Counted from the stretch's first letter, positions 1-8,253 are shown. The stretch is DNA of 64,000 bases from an uncultured Planctomycetota bacterium (GCA_963841915.1 CAWJEN010000005.1:960001-1024000); one strand, 5' to 3'. Notes: generated by a model from the letters alone, not told the origin. Numbers and translations are program-made.

Positions 1-415
1 CGCCGAACAGCAGCATGCTCAACGGCAGGTACCGAACCATCGCCTTGCGCTCCTTGGGGTACAACCCGCTGGCGACGAACCGCCACGTCTGGTAGATGAC
101 CCACGGGCCGCCCAACACAAACGCGCCGATCATACTGACCCGCAAAAACACCATGAACGGGTCCGAGACGCTTGTAAAGTGCAGCTGTGGGCTGACGTCT
201 GCGTCGCGAAGCGCCTGGATCAACGGCCCGGCGATAAACGGCAGCAAAAATCCCTTGGCCACGACGAGGCACCCGACGAAGGCGATCACGAGGCCGACGA
301 GCGCGAGAATCAGGTGTCGTCGCAGGTCTTCGAGATGATCGCCGACGCTCATGCGGAAGTCGTCGGGGTCGAAGTCCGACCGGCGGTAGCTCAGAGGCTT
401 GACGGTGCCGGACAC
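1..415 (-). CDS. tatC: Twin-arginine translocase subunit TatC (5' part; truncated by window edge)
   Basis: Manual translation from GTG 415: ...RMSVGDHLEDLRRHLILAL...SDPFMVFLRVSMIGAFVLGGPWVIYQTWRFVASGLYPKERK. The HLEDLR and W.FV.GL..ER motifs are TatC hallmarks. Not in the ORF track. Confidence 0.93.
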   Translation of the reverse strand, partial: MSGTVKPLSYRRSDFDPDDFRMSVGDHLEDLRRHLILALVGLVIAFVGCLVVAKGFLLPFIAGPLIQALRDADVSPQLHFTSVSDPFMVFLRVSMIGAFVLGGPWVIYQTWRFVASGLYPKERKAMVRYLPLSMLLFG

Positions 416-469
416 GTCATCAGCTTAGCGTTCTCGGCCTCCTGCCGAACGCGCGGATATGCTGCCGGC

Positions 470-1009
470 GTGAACCGCGACCAGCTCATCGACGCGATCA
501 AGCGTACCAGCGTCCTGCACGGCACCTTCACGCTCCGCAGCGGACGCACCAGCAGCTACTACGTCGACAAATACAAATTTGCCACACGCCCCGACATCCT
601 GCGGGAGGTCGGCATTCTCATGGCCGCCCAGGCGATGGAGACCGAGGCCGACCGCATCGCCGGTGCCGAACTCGGCGGCGTGCCCCTTGCCGCCAGTGCT
701 GCCCTCGCCAGCGAAAAGCCGTACATCCTGATCCGCAACGCCAAGAAGGATTACGGCACCGCCAACCAGATGGAAGGCGAGCTCGAAGCAGGCGACCGCG
801 TGTTGCTCGTCGAAGACGTGCTTACTACAGGCGGTCAGGTGCTCGAAGCGGCCAAGGTGCTCACCGACGCCGGTGCGGTCGTGACCCGCATCGTCGCCGT
901 TATCGATCGGCTCGAAGGTGCCCGCGAAAACATCGAAGCGGCCGGCTTCGAGATGAAGAGCCTTGTCACGACCAAAGACCTCGGCCTCAGCGTCGGAACC
1001 GACCACTGA
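470..1009 (+). CDS. pyrE: Orotate phosphoribosyltransferase
   Basis: GTFTLRSGRTSSYYVD, RNAKKDYGT, PRPP loop VEDVLTTGG; GTG start preceded by TATGCT. Confidence 0.95.
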   Translation: MNRDQLIDAIKRTSVLHGTFTLRSGRTSSYYVDKYKFATRPDILREVGILMAAQAMETEADRIAGAELGGVPLAASAALASEKPYILIRNAKKDYGTANQMEGELEAGDRVLLVEDVLTTGGQVLEAAKVLTDAGAVVTRIVAVIDRLEGARENIEAAGFEMKSLVTTKDLGLSVGTDH

Positions 1010-1182
1010 GGGAAAAGATCAATCTTTCGCGGCGGGAACCGGCAGCGTTGAGCAACAGGTCAGGTGGTGCCTGCCGCTTCGCCATCTTCTGCCGGTCCTC
1101 GCGCATGTCTGCTCGCTCAAGCCCGCACCGGCGGATAAGCCGACCTCGGAAAACGATTCAGCGGGCTCCGACGACGCCGGCG

Positions 1183-1221
1183 GCGTCCACAAGCTGGCGA
1201 GCCTCGGCAGCTTGTGGACGC
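1183..1221. terminator. Strong hairpin (perfect 14-bp stem); terminator- or REP-like
   Basis: gcgtccacaagctg-N11-cagcttgtggacgc followed by tctct. Confidence 0.5.
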
Positions 1222-1343
1222 TCTCTGTCGGTTACACTGACAGCGGTATGGCCAGCGGCCCCAACCACTCCCGACTGACGTCGATAACCGACCCCGACGA
1301 GTGGACGCTCAACTACGGCTATGGCGTGGGGGGAACGAGCGAC
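1218..1343 (+). pseudogene. Probable RHS/YD-repeat gene fragment
   Basis: TLSVGYTDSGMASGPNHSRLTSITDPDEWTLNYGY resembles the ...NHSRLTSITYPxGxxLxYxY segment I recall from planctomycete RHS proteins; no full gene around it. Confidence 0.5.
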
Positions 1344-1407
1344 CCCATGCCGTTGCCCGATCTACACGTCGCCCCGCCCGAACTGGTGTCACAACTACTC
1401 TTTAAGG

Positions 1408-1458
1408 CTCGCGACCCCTCTTACTGTACCCAGAGCACTCGCGACCCCTTTTACTGTA
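1408..1458 (+). repeat. 21-bp direct repeat x2, 30-bp period
   Basis: ctcgcgacccctcttactgta (1408-1428) and ctcgcgaccccttttactgta (1438-1458), one mismatch. Confidence 0.8.
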
Positions 1459-1638
1459 ATGGGATCAAGGAGGAGAATGTGAGCGATTTCCTGATTCCCA
1501 TCAGGTTTGATTCTGTTGAGGTGTTCAAGACGAGGCGAGCATTCTGAAGCCAAGGCAGGGGGCCGTGGATTTAAGGCTTTGTGCGCACGTGCACTGACGG
1601 TGCAGAAGCTGAAGTTCGACGCGCTCCTACGCTTGAAC

Positions 1639-2763
1639 TTGCCTGAAATGCTCACGATCGCCGGACATGATGTGCCGCGTGGAACGGATGCCGACCTTCG
1701 GCTGCCGATCACGCAGACGTTCACGGGCGACACGCTCGGCCTGCCGGTGCGGGTGTTGCGGGCCAAGGAACCGGGGCCGACGTTGTTTGTCACCGCAGCG
1801 GTTCACGGCGACGAGATCAACGGCACGGGCATTGTCCACGAGCTCATGTTCGCCCAGCACCCGACCTTGCTGCGGGGCACGCTGATCCTCGTGCCGGTCG
1901 TGGATCTGTTCGGCTTCGAAACGCAAAGCCGTTACATGCCCGACGGCCGCGACCTGAATCGCTGCTTCCCCGGCGGGGCCAACGGTTCGCTGGCACGGCG
2001 GGCGGCCCACGTGCTGTTCAACGAGATCATCACCAAGTGCGACTACGGCCTCGACCTGCACTCGGCGGCGTCGGGGCGGACGAACTTTCCCAACGTTCGC
2101 GCCGATCTGGCCAACGTCGGATGTCGCAAGCTGGCAGAGGCGTTCGGGTGCGAACTCATCGTCAACGGCACCGGACCTGACGGCTCGCTGCGCAAGGCGG
2201 CGGTCAAGGCGGGCGTGCCGACGATCATCCTCGAGGCCGGTGAGCCGAGCAAGATCGAGCCGACCGTGCTCGAGATCGGCGTGCGTGGCGTGCACAACGT
2301 CCTGGCGACGCTGGGCATGACCGACAACGAACCGCGAAAGCCGCCGTATCAGGCGAAGGTCAGTCGGACGCTGTGGCTGCGTGCCCAGGCCGGTGGGTTG
2401 CTGCGATTCCACGTGGCCCCGGGCGACATCGTCGACGAAGGCCAGCCGATCAGTACGAACGTCGGCGTGTTCGGCGACTCGCAGAACGTGATCACCTCAC
2501 CGGCGGCGGGCATAGTGCTGGGCATGACGACGCTGCCGATCGTCAAGCCGGGCGAGCCGGTGTGTCACATCGCGGTGCCGACCGAGCCGATCCGCGAGCT
2601 GCGCGAGAAGCTGGCCGACGCGTCGACGCGGAGTCTGGACCATCGCGTGCGTCGGGATTTGGCGACGAACGTGACGGTGACGGAGCACGGGCTGACCGAT
2701 GCCGAGCTGTACCCGCCGGAGCAGGGCGGAGTGGTCGACGGTGGCGAGTCGGAAGAGAAGTAG
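1639..2763 (+). CDS. Succinylglutamate desuccinylase/aspartoacylase family (M14-like)
   Basis: AVHGDEING, RDLNRCFPG, LDLHS, ILEAG, C-terminal biotinyl-like domain; start TTG 1639 or ATG 1648. Confidence 0.88.
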   Translation: MPEMLTIAGHDVPRGTDADLRLPITQTFTGDTLGLPVRVLRAKEPGPTLFVTAAVHGDEINGTGIVHELMFAQHPTLLRGTLILVPVVDLFGFETQSRYMPDGRDLNRCFPGGANGSLARRAAHVLFNEIITKCDYGLDLHSAASGRTNFPNVRADLANVGCRKLAEAFGCELIVNGTGPDGSLRKAAVKAGVPTIILEAGEPSKIEPTVLEIGVRGVHNVLATLGMTDNEPRKPPYQAKVSRTLWLRAQAGGLLRFHVAPGDIVDEGQPISTNVGVFGDSQNVITSPAAGIVLGMTTLPIVKPGEPVCHIAVPTEPIRELREKLADASTRSLDHRVRRDLATNVTVTEHGLTDAELYPPEQGGVVDGGESEEK

Positions 2764-2917
2764 CGCAAAGGCGGCCGCGGCGGCGCAGTCGTAGCACGTC
2801 GCACCCCTACGCGGCGGCGGACGTTCTGCACGTGAAATTTTCAGTGACTACGCACGAATGCTGACGCACATCACATCGCAGCCGACGACCCGCGTCCGTA
2901 GCGGCGAACGTTTTTGG

Positions 2918-2933
2918 AGTTCCACGTGGAACA
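2918..2933. promoter_or_regulatory. parS site (ParB-binding palindrome)
   Basis: aGTTCCACGTGGAACa matches the parS consensus TGTTNCACGTGNAACA. Confidence 0.88.
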
Positions 2934-2991
2934 TTCTGTGACCGGCGAAGACATGAAAACCGGCTCAGAACGCCCGGCGGGGCTTGGCCAT

Positions 2992-3007
2992 TGTTCCACG
3001 TGGAACA
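2992..3007. promoter_or_regulatory. parS site
   Basis: Perfect TGTTCCACGTGGAACA. Confidence 0.92.
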
Positions 3008-3094
3008 TTTCGCAGATCGGCACGTCGCCAAGGCTCAATTGGCCGCCGCGGCGCAACAGTCGAAGCCGAACAGCACGAACCGACTCGAGGCGAC

Positions 3095-3121
3095 AGGTAG
3101 CTGCGGGTCTGCGACCCGCAG
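3095..3121 (+). repeat. REP-like palindrome (GTAG foot + hairpin), copy 1
   Basis: aggtagctgcgggtctgcgacccgcag; 25/27 identical to 38634-38660. Confidence 0.7.
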
Positions 3122-3153
3122 TCGGACGCCGGGCAATTAGACGGAGGTCTCCC

Positions 3154-4107
3154 TCACACGTCGTTGTACTTGGGCGTCTTGGCCCAGTGCAGCTTGCCGG
3201 CGAGGGCGTCCCAGCGGCGACTGGTCGGGTTTTCGACGAGCGTCAGGTTTTGATTCGCGCGGCGGATGACGACGCGGTCGCCGCGCTTGAGCCGTGTGCA
3301 ATCCTGGCCGTCGCAGACAAGCGTCGTGCCCTTGTTGACCTCGGCGGCGACGACCATGACGCGGCTGTCGCTGGGGACGATGACGGGGCGAAAGCTCAGG
3401 CTGTGCGGCGCGATGGGTGTGAGGCAAAATCCCTCGAGCGGCGGGTTGAGGATCGGGCCGCCGGCGCTGACGTTGTAGGCGGTCGAGCCGCTGGGTGTGG
3501 CCACGATCATGCCGTCGCCGTGGACCTTGACGCCGAAGTCGCCGTTGGTGCCGAGGTCGAGTTCGATCATATGGAACGGCGGCCCGGCATTGACGACGGC
3601 GTCGTTCAGGCTCAGCACGTGGAACCGGGCCGCTGATGCAACGGCCTCGTCGTTCATCAGGTCCAGGTCGACCGCCTGATCCTGGCTGACGACACACACG
3701 TCGAGCATCAGCCGGCTGCTCGTCGGGAGCGTCCCGGCAAGCAGCTCTGGGAAGTGGCCCAGCAGTTCATCGGGCCTGAAGTCGGAGAGAAAGCCCAAGC
3801 GGCCGTAATTGACGCCCATGACCGGGATCTGGCGTCCTTGGAGTCGTCGGGCGACGCTGAGCAGCGTGCCATCCCCGCCGAGGACGAGGATGGCGTCGGC
3901 TTCGACAGTGCTGAGGTCGAACCGCTCGACAGGCAAATCAACCTGCGGCAGATCCTTGGGGTCGAGCGGCTGCTTGAGGTTGCCGTCCGGGTCGAGGCCG
4001 ACGAGGGTGACGTCGCTGGCGTGGTGCTTGCGGATCCAGTCGATGAGTTCGCCCGCGGCGGGACGAACCCGCATCTTCTTGAGGTTGGCAACGATGAGCA
4101 GGCGCAT
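3154..4107 (-). CDS. nadK: NAD(+) kinase
   Basis: LGGDGTLL, GRLGFL, LND, DGMIVATPSGSTAYNVSAGGP motifs. Confidence 0.95.
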   Translation of the reverse strand: MRLLIVANLKKMRVRPAAGELIDWIRKHHASDVTLVGLDPDGNLKQPLDPKDLPQVDLPVERFDLSTVEADAILVLGGDGTLLSVARRLQGRQIPVMGVNYGRLGFLSDFRPDELLGHFPELLAGTLPTSSRLMLDVCVVSQDQAVDLDLMNDEAVASAARFHVLSLNDAVVNAGPPFHMIELDLGTNGDFGVKVHGDGMIVATPSGSTAYNVSAGGPILNPPLEGFCLTPIAPHSLSFRPVIVPSDSRVMVVAAEVNKGTTLVCDGQDCTRLKRGDRVVIRRANQNLTLVENPTSRRWDALAGKLHWAKTPKYNDV

Positions 4108-4236
4108 AGCAAGGGTTCGCCCCGGAAGACATGGGCGGCGCGGCGACTGTAACAGCGTTGCGACGCAGCGATAGCGACAGCGTGAAAACGATTACTTCAT
4201 GTCGGGTTCGGCGATCGATCGACGCACGAACGTGAG

Positions 4237-4358
4237 TCGCCGGCAGAGGTGGCCGGGGGGCGAGGGCACAGAGCTGGTGTCACTTAGGGCTGCTTCCTCT
4301 CGGATCTGACCCGGTTCGCGTCCAACCCTTGCCTCGGCCCGGCCACCCCTGCCGGCGA
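4237..4358 (-). ncRNA. ffs: Signal recognition particle RNA (4.5S)
   Basis: Minus strand reads GAACCGGGTCAGATCCGAGAGGAAGCAGCCCTAAG (SRP domain IV with GAGA tetraloop) inside a long closing stem (tcgccggcag.ggtggccggg / cccggccacc.ctgccggcga); ends approximate. Confidence 0.9.
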
Positions 4359-4458
4359 GGCGCGGCGTGGCGGGGGTCAGCCTAGGCGCGGCGTCGGCCG
4401 TACGCTTTTGACCGATTTGCCGAACCCTTGCAACGGCCTCAGGTCGACCTTGTCGCGC

Positions 4459-4492
4459 AAGAAAAGGCCCGGCAGGTTGAAGCTGCCGGGCC
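4459..4492 (-). terminator. Rho-independent terminator
   Basis: ggcccggcag/ctgccgggcc 10-bp stem with U-tail on the minus strand, just past the stop at 4518. Confidence 0.75.
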
Positions 4493-4517
4493 GATGGATG
4501 GTAGTTTTGGGGTCGGC

Positions 4518-7382
4518 TCAAGCCTCGACAGCACCCGCTGCACGGCTGCCGTTGCCGTCACGCCAATTGCCGTAGTAGTCGGTAAAGACGCCCTTGTAGC
4601 TCTTGCCGGCCGTGGTCGCCACACCGCCGTTGGGACGGTACTGGCTGTTGAGGCTGGTGTTGCTGAACTTGTCGTTCTTGACCTGCGAGTAGTTGAGCCA
4701 CTCGTTCTCGCTGCGGAACCCGCTGTTGCCGCTGCCCGTGCCGACCCAGATGACGCCGTCAGCCCACTGGAGGTAGTCGGCGTCGGCCCAGACGTTGTTC
4801 TCGATGGTCGAGAACCCGTTGAGGTTGTCGGCGTTGACCTGCAGTAGGGCGGTGCCGTTCGGACCGGCGTAGAGGTCAGGGGCGACGAAGAGGTTGTTGG
4901 CGAGCGAGACGTTCTGCGTGCCGCTCCAGGCCCGGGCGAAGTGGCCGCGGTCGCCGTAGTTGATGACCGTGTTGTTGACGATGTGAACGTCTTTGACGGT
5001 GCGGTTGTAGCTGGCGTCGAAGCCCTCGATCTTGAACGGCGAGCCGTTGTCTTCGCGGATGACGTTGGAGCGGATATGGGCGTCTTCCGTGCCGTGCTCG
5101 ATGATGTAGCCGCCCTTGACGTTGTTGGCCTCGAAGACGCTGTGCTTGAAGCGGGCCCAGGTGTGGTTGAGGCCGTCGCCGTCGCCGAGCGGGCCGACGC
5201 CGCTGACACCGTCGATGTCGTTGTCCCAGGCGTAAGCGTACTCGCCACGCTGGATGTTGAGCACGCCCTTGGCCGTGTCGTACGGGTCGCCGTTGTTGCG
5301 ACGGTCGATGTTGGCCAAGTCGTTGCGGCCGATGTTGATGCGGTCTGCACCGTGAACACGGATGATGTGCTCGCGGGTCGAGTTGGCGACTTGGTTGCCC
5401 AGGACGGTCCAGTCGCTGCCCTGCATCCAGGCGAAGTAGCGACGCAGGTCACCGCTGCTCGGAACGTCGTTTTCGAGGAGCAGGACGCCCTGTGGCTCGG
5501 CACTTCCGAGGATGGCGTCGCCGACGTCCTTGAAGGTGGTGTTGTAGACGGTGACGTTGTCGCCGCCGGGCTGGATGGCCGACGGGACGCCGTAGCCGTT
5601 GCCGTCGTTGTCGTGGGGCGAATCAAAGACCACGTCGCGGATGGTCATGCCGGTGCGGCCGAAGTCGAACCACAGGATCTGTTTGTTGTTCCAGTGATTG
5701 CGATCATTGGTCCACATGATCGTCGGCTTGGAGCCTTGGCCGTAGGCACCGAGCACGACGTTGTTGCGTGCGAACTTGAGGGAGGTGCTCGTGCCGAAGG
5801 TCTGGCCACGCTGCAGCAGGATGGCGGCGTTGTCGCCCACCTGGTCGAGCCGTTGCATGGCACGATCAAGGGTGCGAACGGGCTTGCTGGTCGTTAGGCC
5901 GTTGTTGCTGTCGCTGCCCCACGACGCCACATAGATGCGGGTGCGGGTGTCGGGCGTGACCGTGACGGTCTTGGTGGTCGTGTTGCTGCCGCCGGCCTCG
6001 TTGTAGACCTTGAGCTTGACGGTGTAGGTGCCGGGCTGCTCGTAGAGGTGGGCGGCGTTGAAGCCGATGACCTTGTTCTGCTTGCCCGACGAGTCGCCGA
6101 AGTCCCACTCGTAGCGGGCCGTCGTCGCCTTGCCGGCCCGCAGGTCGGTGTCGAGGCCGTGGGCGTGGTAGCTGCTGCCGGCCATCAGGGTCGACGAGCT
6201 GGTCGACGTGATGCGGGCGACCGGTTGGGTGCTCCCCGTCGGCGGCTGCGGATTGGACGGAGGCTGCGGGTTCGAAGGCGGCTGGGGATTCGACGGCGGC
6301 TGGGGGTTCGTCGGCGGCTGGGGGTTGGTCGGCGGCTGGGGGTTGGTCGGCGGCGGGTTCGAGCCGTTCCGACGGAACTCCAGGTAGTCGAAGCGGCCTG
6401 CACCACCGCTGCCGGACCGGTTGAAGGTCACGCGAACCGTCTGCTCGCCGGCCGGAAGGTAAAGGTCGCCGACCTTGTGGCTGCGGAAGTTGAACCAGCC
6501 GTCGTTGGGCAGGGTCGTGTTGACCGACTGGCCGCCGGCGGTGGAGACCGTGATCTTGCCGTCGCTGATGCCGGTCGAGGCGTTGGCGTAGACGCCGAAC
6601 GTACCCGACGAGTCGACGTCAACGGTGTATTCGAGCCACTCACCGTTGCTGGCCCAGCCGACGTTTTTGACCGGCGTCAGGTCGATATCGACCTGGTCGC
6701 TTGGCCTGAGGACGCTGGAGCCGTAGCGCTGGCTGGTGGAGTCGCTGTACGCGACGCCGGGCCCGCCTTCGTCGAAGTGCTCGAACTGGACGACACCCGG
6801 CAGGTTGTGCGGGTCGTTCTGGTAGGCACGCTGGGTGCCGTTGTTGTTGTTGCTACCGCCGCCGCCGCCGCCACCACCATTGTTGTTGCTGATGGTGTAG
6901 TCGCGGCCGGAGTGGGACTCGACGCTGTCGGTACCGTCGTTGCCACCGCGGAGGGTGGCTGAGTCGTTACCTGATCCGCCGTAGACCTTGTCGTTGCCTT
7001 GGCCGGTGCGGAAGATGTCGTTGCCGTCGTTGCCGTAAGCGACGACGTCTTTGTAGATCTGCTCGGAGACGCCGAAGTTGTCGACGCCGCTGCCGCCGTT
7101 GTAACGGATCGAGCTGATCCGGTTTTCGTCGACGTAGTGGTTCTGGCCGTTGAAGATGACCAGGTAGTCCTGACCAACGTCAAGCACGCTGACGCGGTTG
7201 TCGCCCCAGGTGTTGGCGTCGATCGTCAGGACGCTGCCTTGAAGACTGACGCCAGCCAGGAGTTTGCGACCTTCCAATGTTTCGACAGCCGCCTTTGAGA
7301 CGAGGCTGCGAAGCTTACGGTTGTTGTGCTTGTTCGTAACGGCGGTAAAACGGCCGTTCGAGGGCATCGTCGGTGATTGCAT
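4518..7382 (-). CDS. Large extracellular multidomain protein: LEPR-xLL-like motif, RTX-like Ca repeats, CBM6-like, Pro-rich linker, PKD, right-handed beta-helix (lyase-like)
   Basis: ETLEGRKLLA; GNDGND/GGSGND repeats; EHFDEGG...GEWLEYTVDV; (PP[TS]NPQ)x6; YEWDFGD...HLYEQPGTYTVKL; IYVASWGSDSNNGL; NNT/NNL repeats. Confidence 0.8.
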   Translation of the reverse strand: MQSPTMPSNGRFTAVTNKHNNRKLRSLVSKAAVETLEGRKLLAGVSLQGSVLTIDANTWGDNRVSVLDVGQDYLVIFNGQNHYVDENRISSIRYNGGSGVDNFGVSEQIYKDVVAYGNDGNDIFRTGQGNDKVYGGSGNDSATLRGGNDGTDSVESHSGRDYTISNNNGGGGGGGGSNNNNGTQRAYQNDPHNLPGVVQFEHFDEGGPGVAYSDSTSQRYGSSVLRPSDQVDIDLTPVKNVGWASNGEWLEYTVDVDSSGTFGVYANASTGISDGKITVSTAGGQSVNTTLPNDGWFNFRSHKVGDLYLPAGEQTVRVTFNRSGSGGAGRFDYLEFRRNGSNPPPTNPQPPTNPQPPTNPQPPSNPQPPSNPQPPSNPQPPTGSTQPVARITSTSSSTLMAGSSYHAHGLDTDLRAGKATTARYEWDFGDSSGKQNKVIGFNAAHLYEQPGTYTVKLKVYNEAGGSNTTTKTVTVTPDTRTRIYVASWGSDSNNGLTTSKPVRTLDRAMQRLDQVGDNAAILLQRGQTFGTSTSLKFARNNVVLGAYGQGSKPTIMWTNDRNHWNNKQILWFDFGRTGMTIRDVVFDSPHDNDGNGYGVPSAIQPGGDNVTVYNTTFKDVGDAILGSAEPQGVLLLENDVPSSGDLRRYFAWMQGSDWTVLGNQVANSTREHIIRVHGADRINIGRNDLANIDRRNNGDPYDTAKGVLNIQRGEYAYAWDNDIDGVSGVGPLGDGDGLNHTWARFKHSVFEANNVKGGYIIEHGTEDAHIRSNVIREDNGSPFKIEGFDASYNRTVKDVHIVNNTVINYGDRGHFARAWSGTQNVSLANNLFVAPDLYAGPNGTALLQVNADNLNGFSTIENNVWADADYLQWADGVIWVGTGSGNSGFRSENEWLNYSQVKNDKFSNTSLNSQYRPNGGVATTAGKSYKGVFTDYYGNWRDGNGSRAAGAVEA
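6238..6354 (-). repeat. 18-bp coding tandem repeat (PP[T/S]NPQ x6)
   Basis: Visible in the translation and as ggcggctgggggttggtc-type units. Confidence 0.9.
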
Positions 7383-7731
7383 CGGCGGTGCTATAGGGTG
7401 ATCGGGGTGGTGCCGGTTTCATCCGGGCATCGGTGTCGTTTGCTTCAGCCGCTTTTGAATCGGATCGTTGAGGCGACAGCGGGTAGCTGGAGGCTCAGTT
7501 GGTCCGACATCGCCAGGTCACGCAGGGGCGTGGCCCGAAGCGGAAGTCGCCGACAACGATGTCGGCGCAAGTGGAGGAGGGCGGTTTTGGCGGCGGAACG
7601 GAAATCGATCCGCCGTCCTGACCTGCATTCTCATCTCCCAGGCACGCGGTTCTCCCGAACCCGTGATTCTCTCGAATCACCTGTGCCCAACGCATCTTCG
7701 CCCGCATCTCTCTTCGACCGCCGGCCGAAGG

Positions 7732-7761
7732 CGGGTTAGTTGAGCAAGCTCATTTAACCCG
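7732..7761. promoter_or_regulatory. 30-bp imperfect palindrome, candidate operator
   Basis: cgggtta-gt-tgagc-aa-gctca-tt-taacccg in the long intergenic region upstream of the 954-aa gene. Confidence 0.45.
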
Positions 7762-8068
7762 TGGGCGACAAAGCCGAAGCTGCGTCCGTGGCAGTGACAC
7801 GCCCGCCGGTAAACCGGTTAGGCAGGAGCCCGATATTTTGGCCGACCAGGCATGACGAAACGGCCTGCTGCTGGATGCCAGCGGAACATATGGAAAGGGT
7901 TTGCCGCTTAGCCGCCCACACGACAACAACTTAGGGTCATCTGACTCAGCCTGCTCTGCCAGTCACGCCCGCCGCAGAGAGATGACGCTGCGACATGGTG
8001 ACACAGGCGGGGAGCGGCAGTGGGCACGTGACAGACTGCTTGAAACGCTCTTGCCGCGCAGCAAAGTA

Positions 8069-8090
8069 TGGCAGCTTATAGAAGCTGCCA
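8069..8090 (-). terminator. Hairpin downstream of rpmH
   Basis: tggcagctt-atag-aagctgcca 9-bp stem, followed by tacttt on the minus strand. Confidence 0.55.
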
Positions 8091-8118
8091 AACGCGTCAC
8101 TCGATTGTCGCCGGCCTG

Positions 8119-8253
8119 CTACACCGCCTGAGCGCTCTGCCCGCGGCGGCGCTTGTTGTTGATGATCTTGCGACCATTCTTCGTCCTCATGCGGGCGCGG
8201 AAGCCGAGCTTCCGGGCACGCTTGACCTTGCTGATACGGTGCGGGTAATGCAT
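8119..8253 (-). CDS. rpmH: 50S ribosomal protein L34
   Basis: MHYPHRISKVKRARKLGFRARMRTKNGRKIINNKRRRGQSAQAV (44 aa) with GFRARM.T..GR signature; below the ORF-track cutoff. Confidence 0.92.
   Translation of the reverse strand: MHYPHRISKVKRARKLGFRARMRTKNGRKIINNKRRRGQSAQAV

Larger units (their letters stand above)
2762..3055 (+). repeat. Paired-parS intergenic cassette, copy 1 (inverted homolog at 22990-23274)
   Basis: Shares an identical 26-bp left block, an identical 17-bp right block, a 19/23 internal block and two parS sites with copy 2. Confidence 0.85.

Noticed and set aside
1408..1458. CRISPR array
   Set aside because: Only two 21-bp units with a 9-nt spacer; no cas genes.
2824..2839. 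Sixth parS (ttctgcacgtgaaatt)
   Set aside because: Several mismatches and broken symmetry; absent from cassette copy 2.
4439..6962. Long overlapping or antisense ORFs (e.g. 4439-5626, 4941-5897, 6048-6962, and similar across the window)
   Set aside because: Shadow frames of real high-GC genes with Arg/Ser/Thr/Val-biased, motif-free translations.
7885..7910. c-di-GMP-I riboswitch (GGCAAACC on the minus strand)
   Set aside because: Lacks the GNRA-capped stem and downstream GCAAAG/P3 elements.
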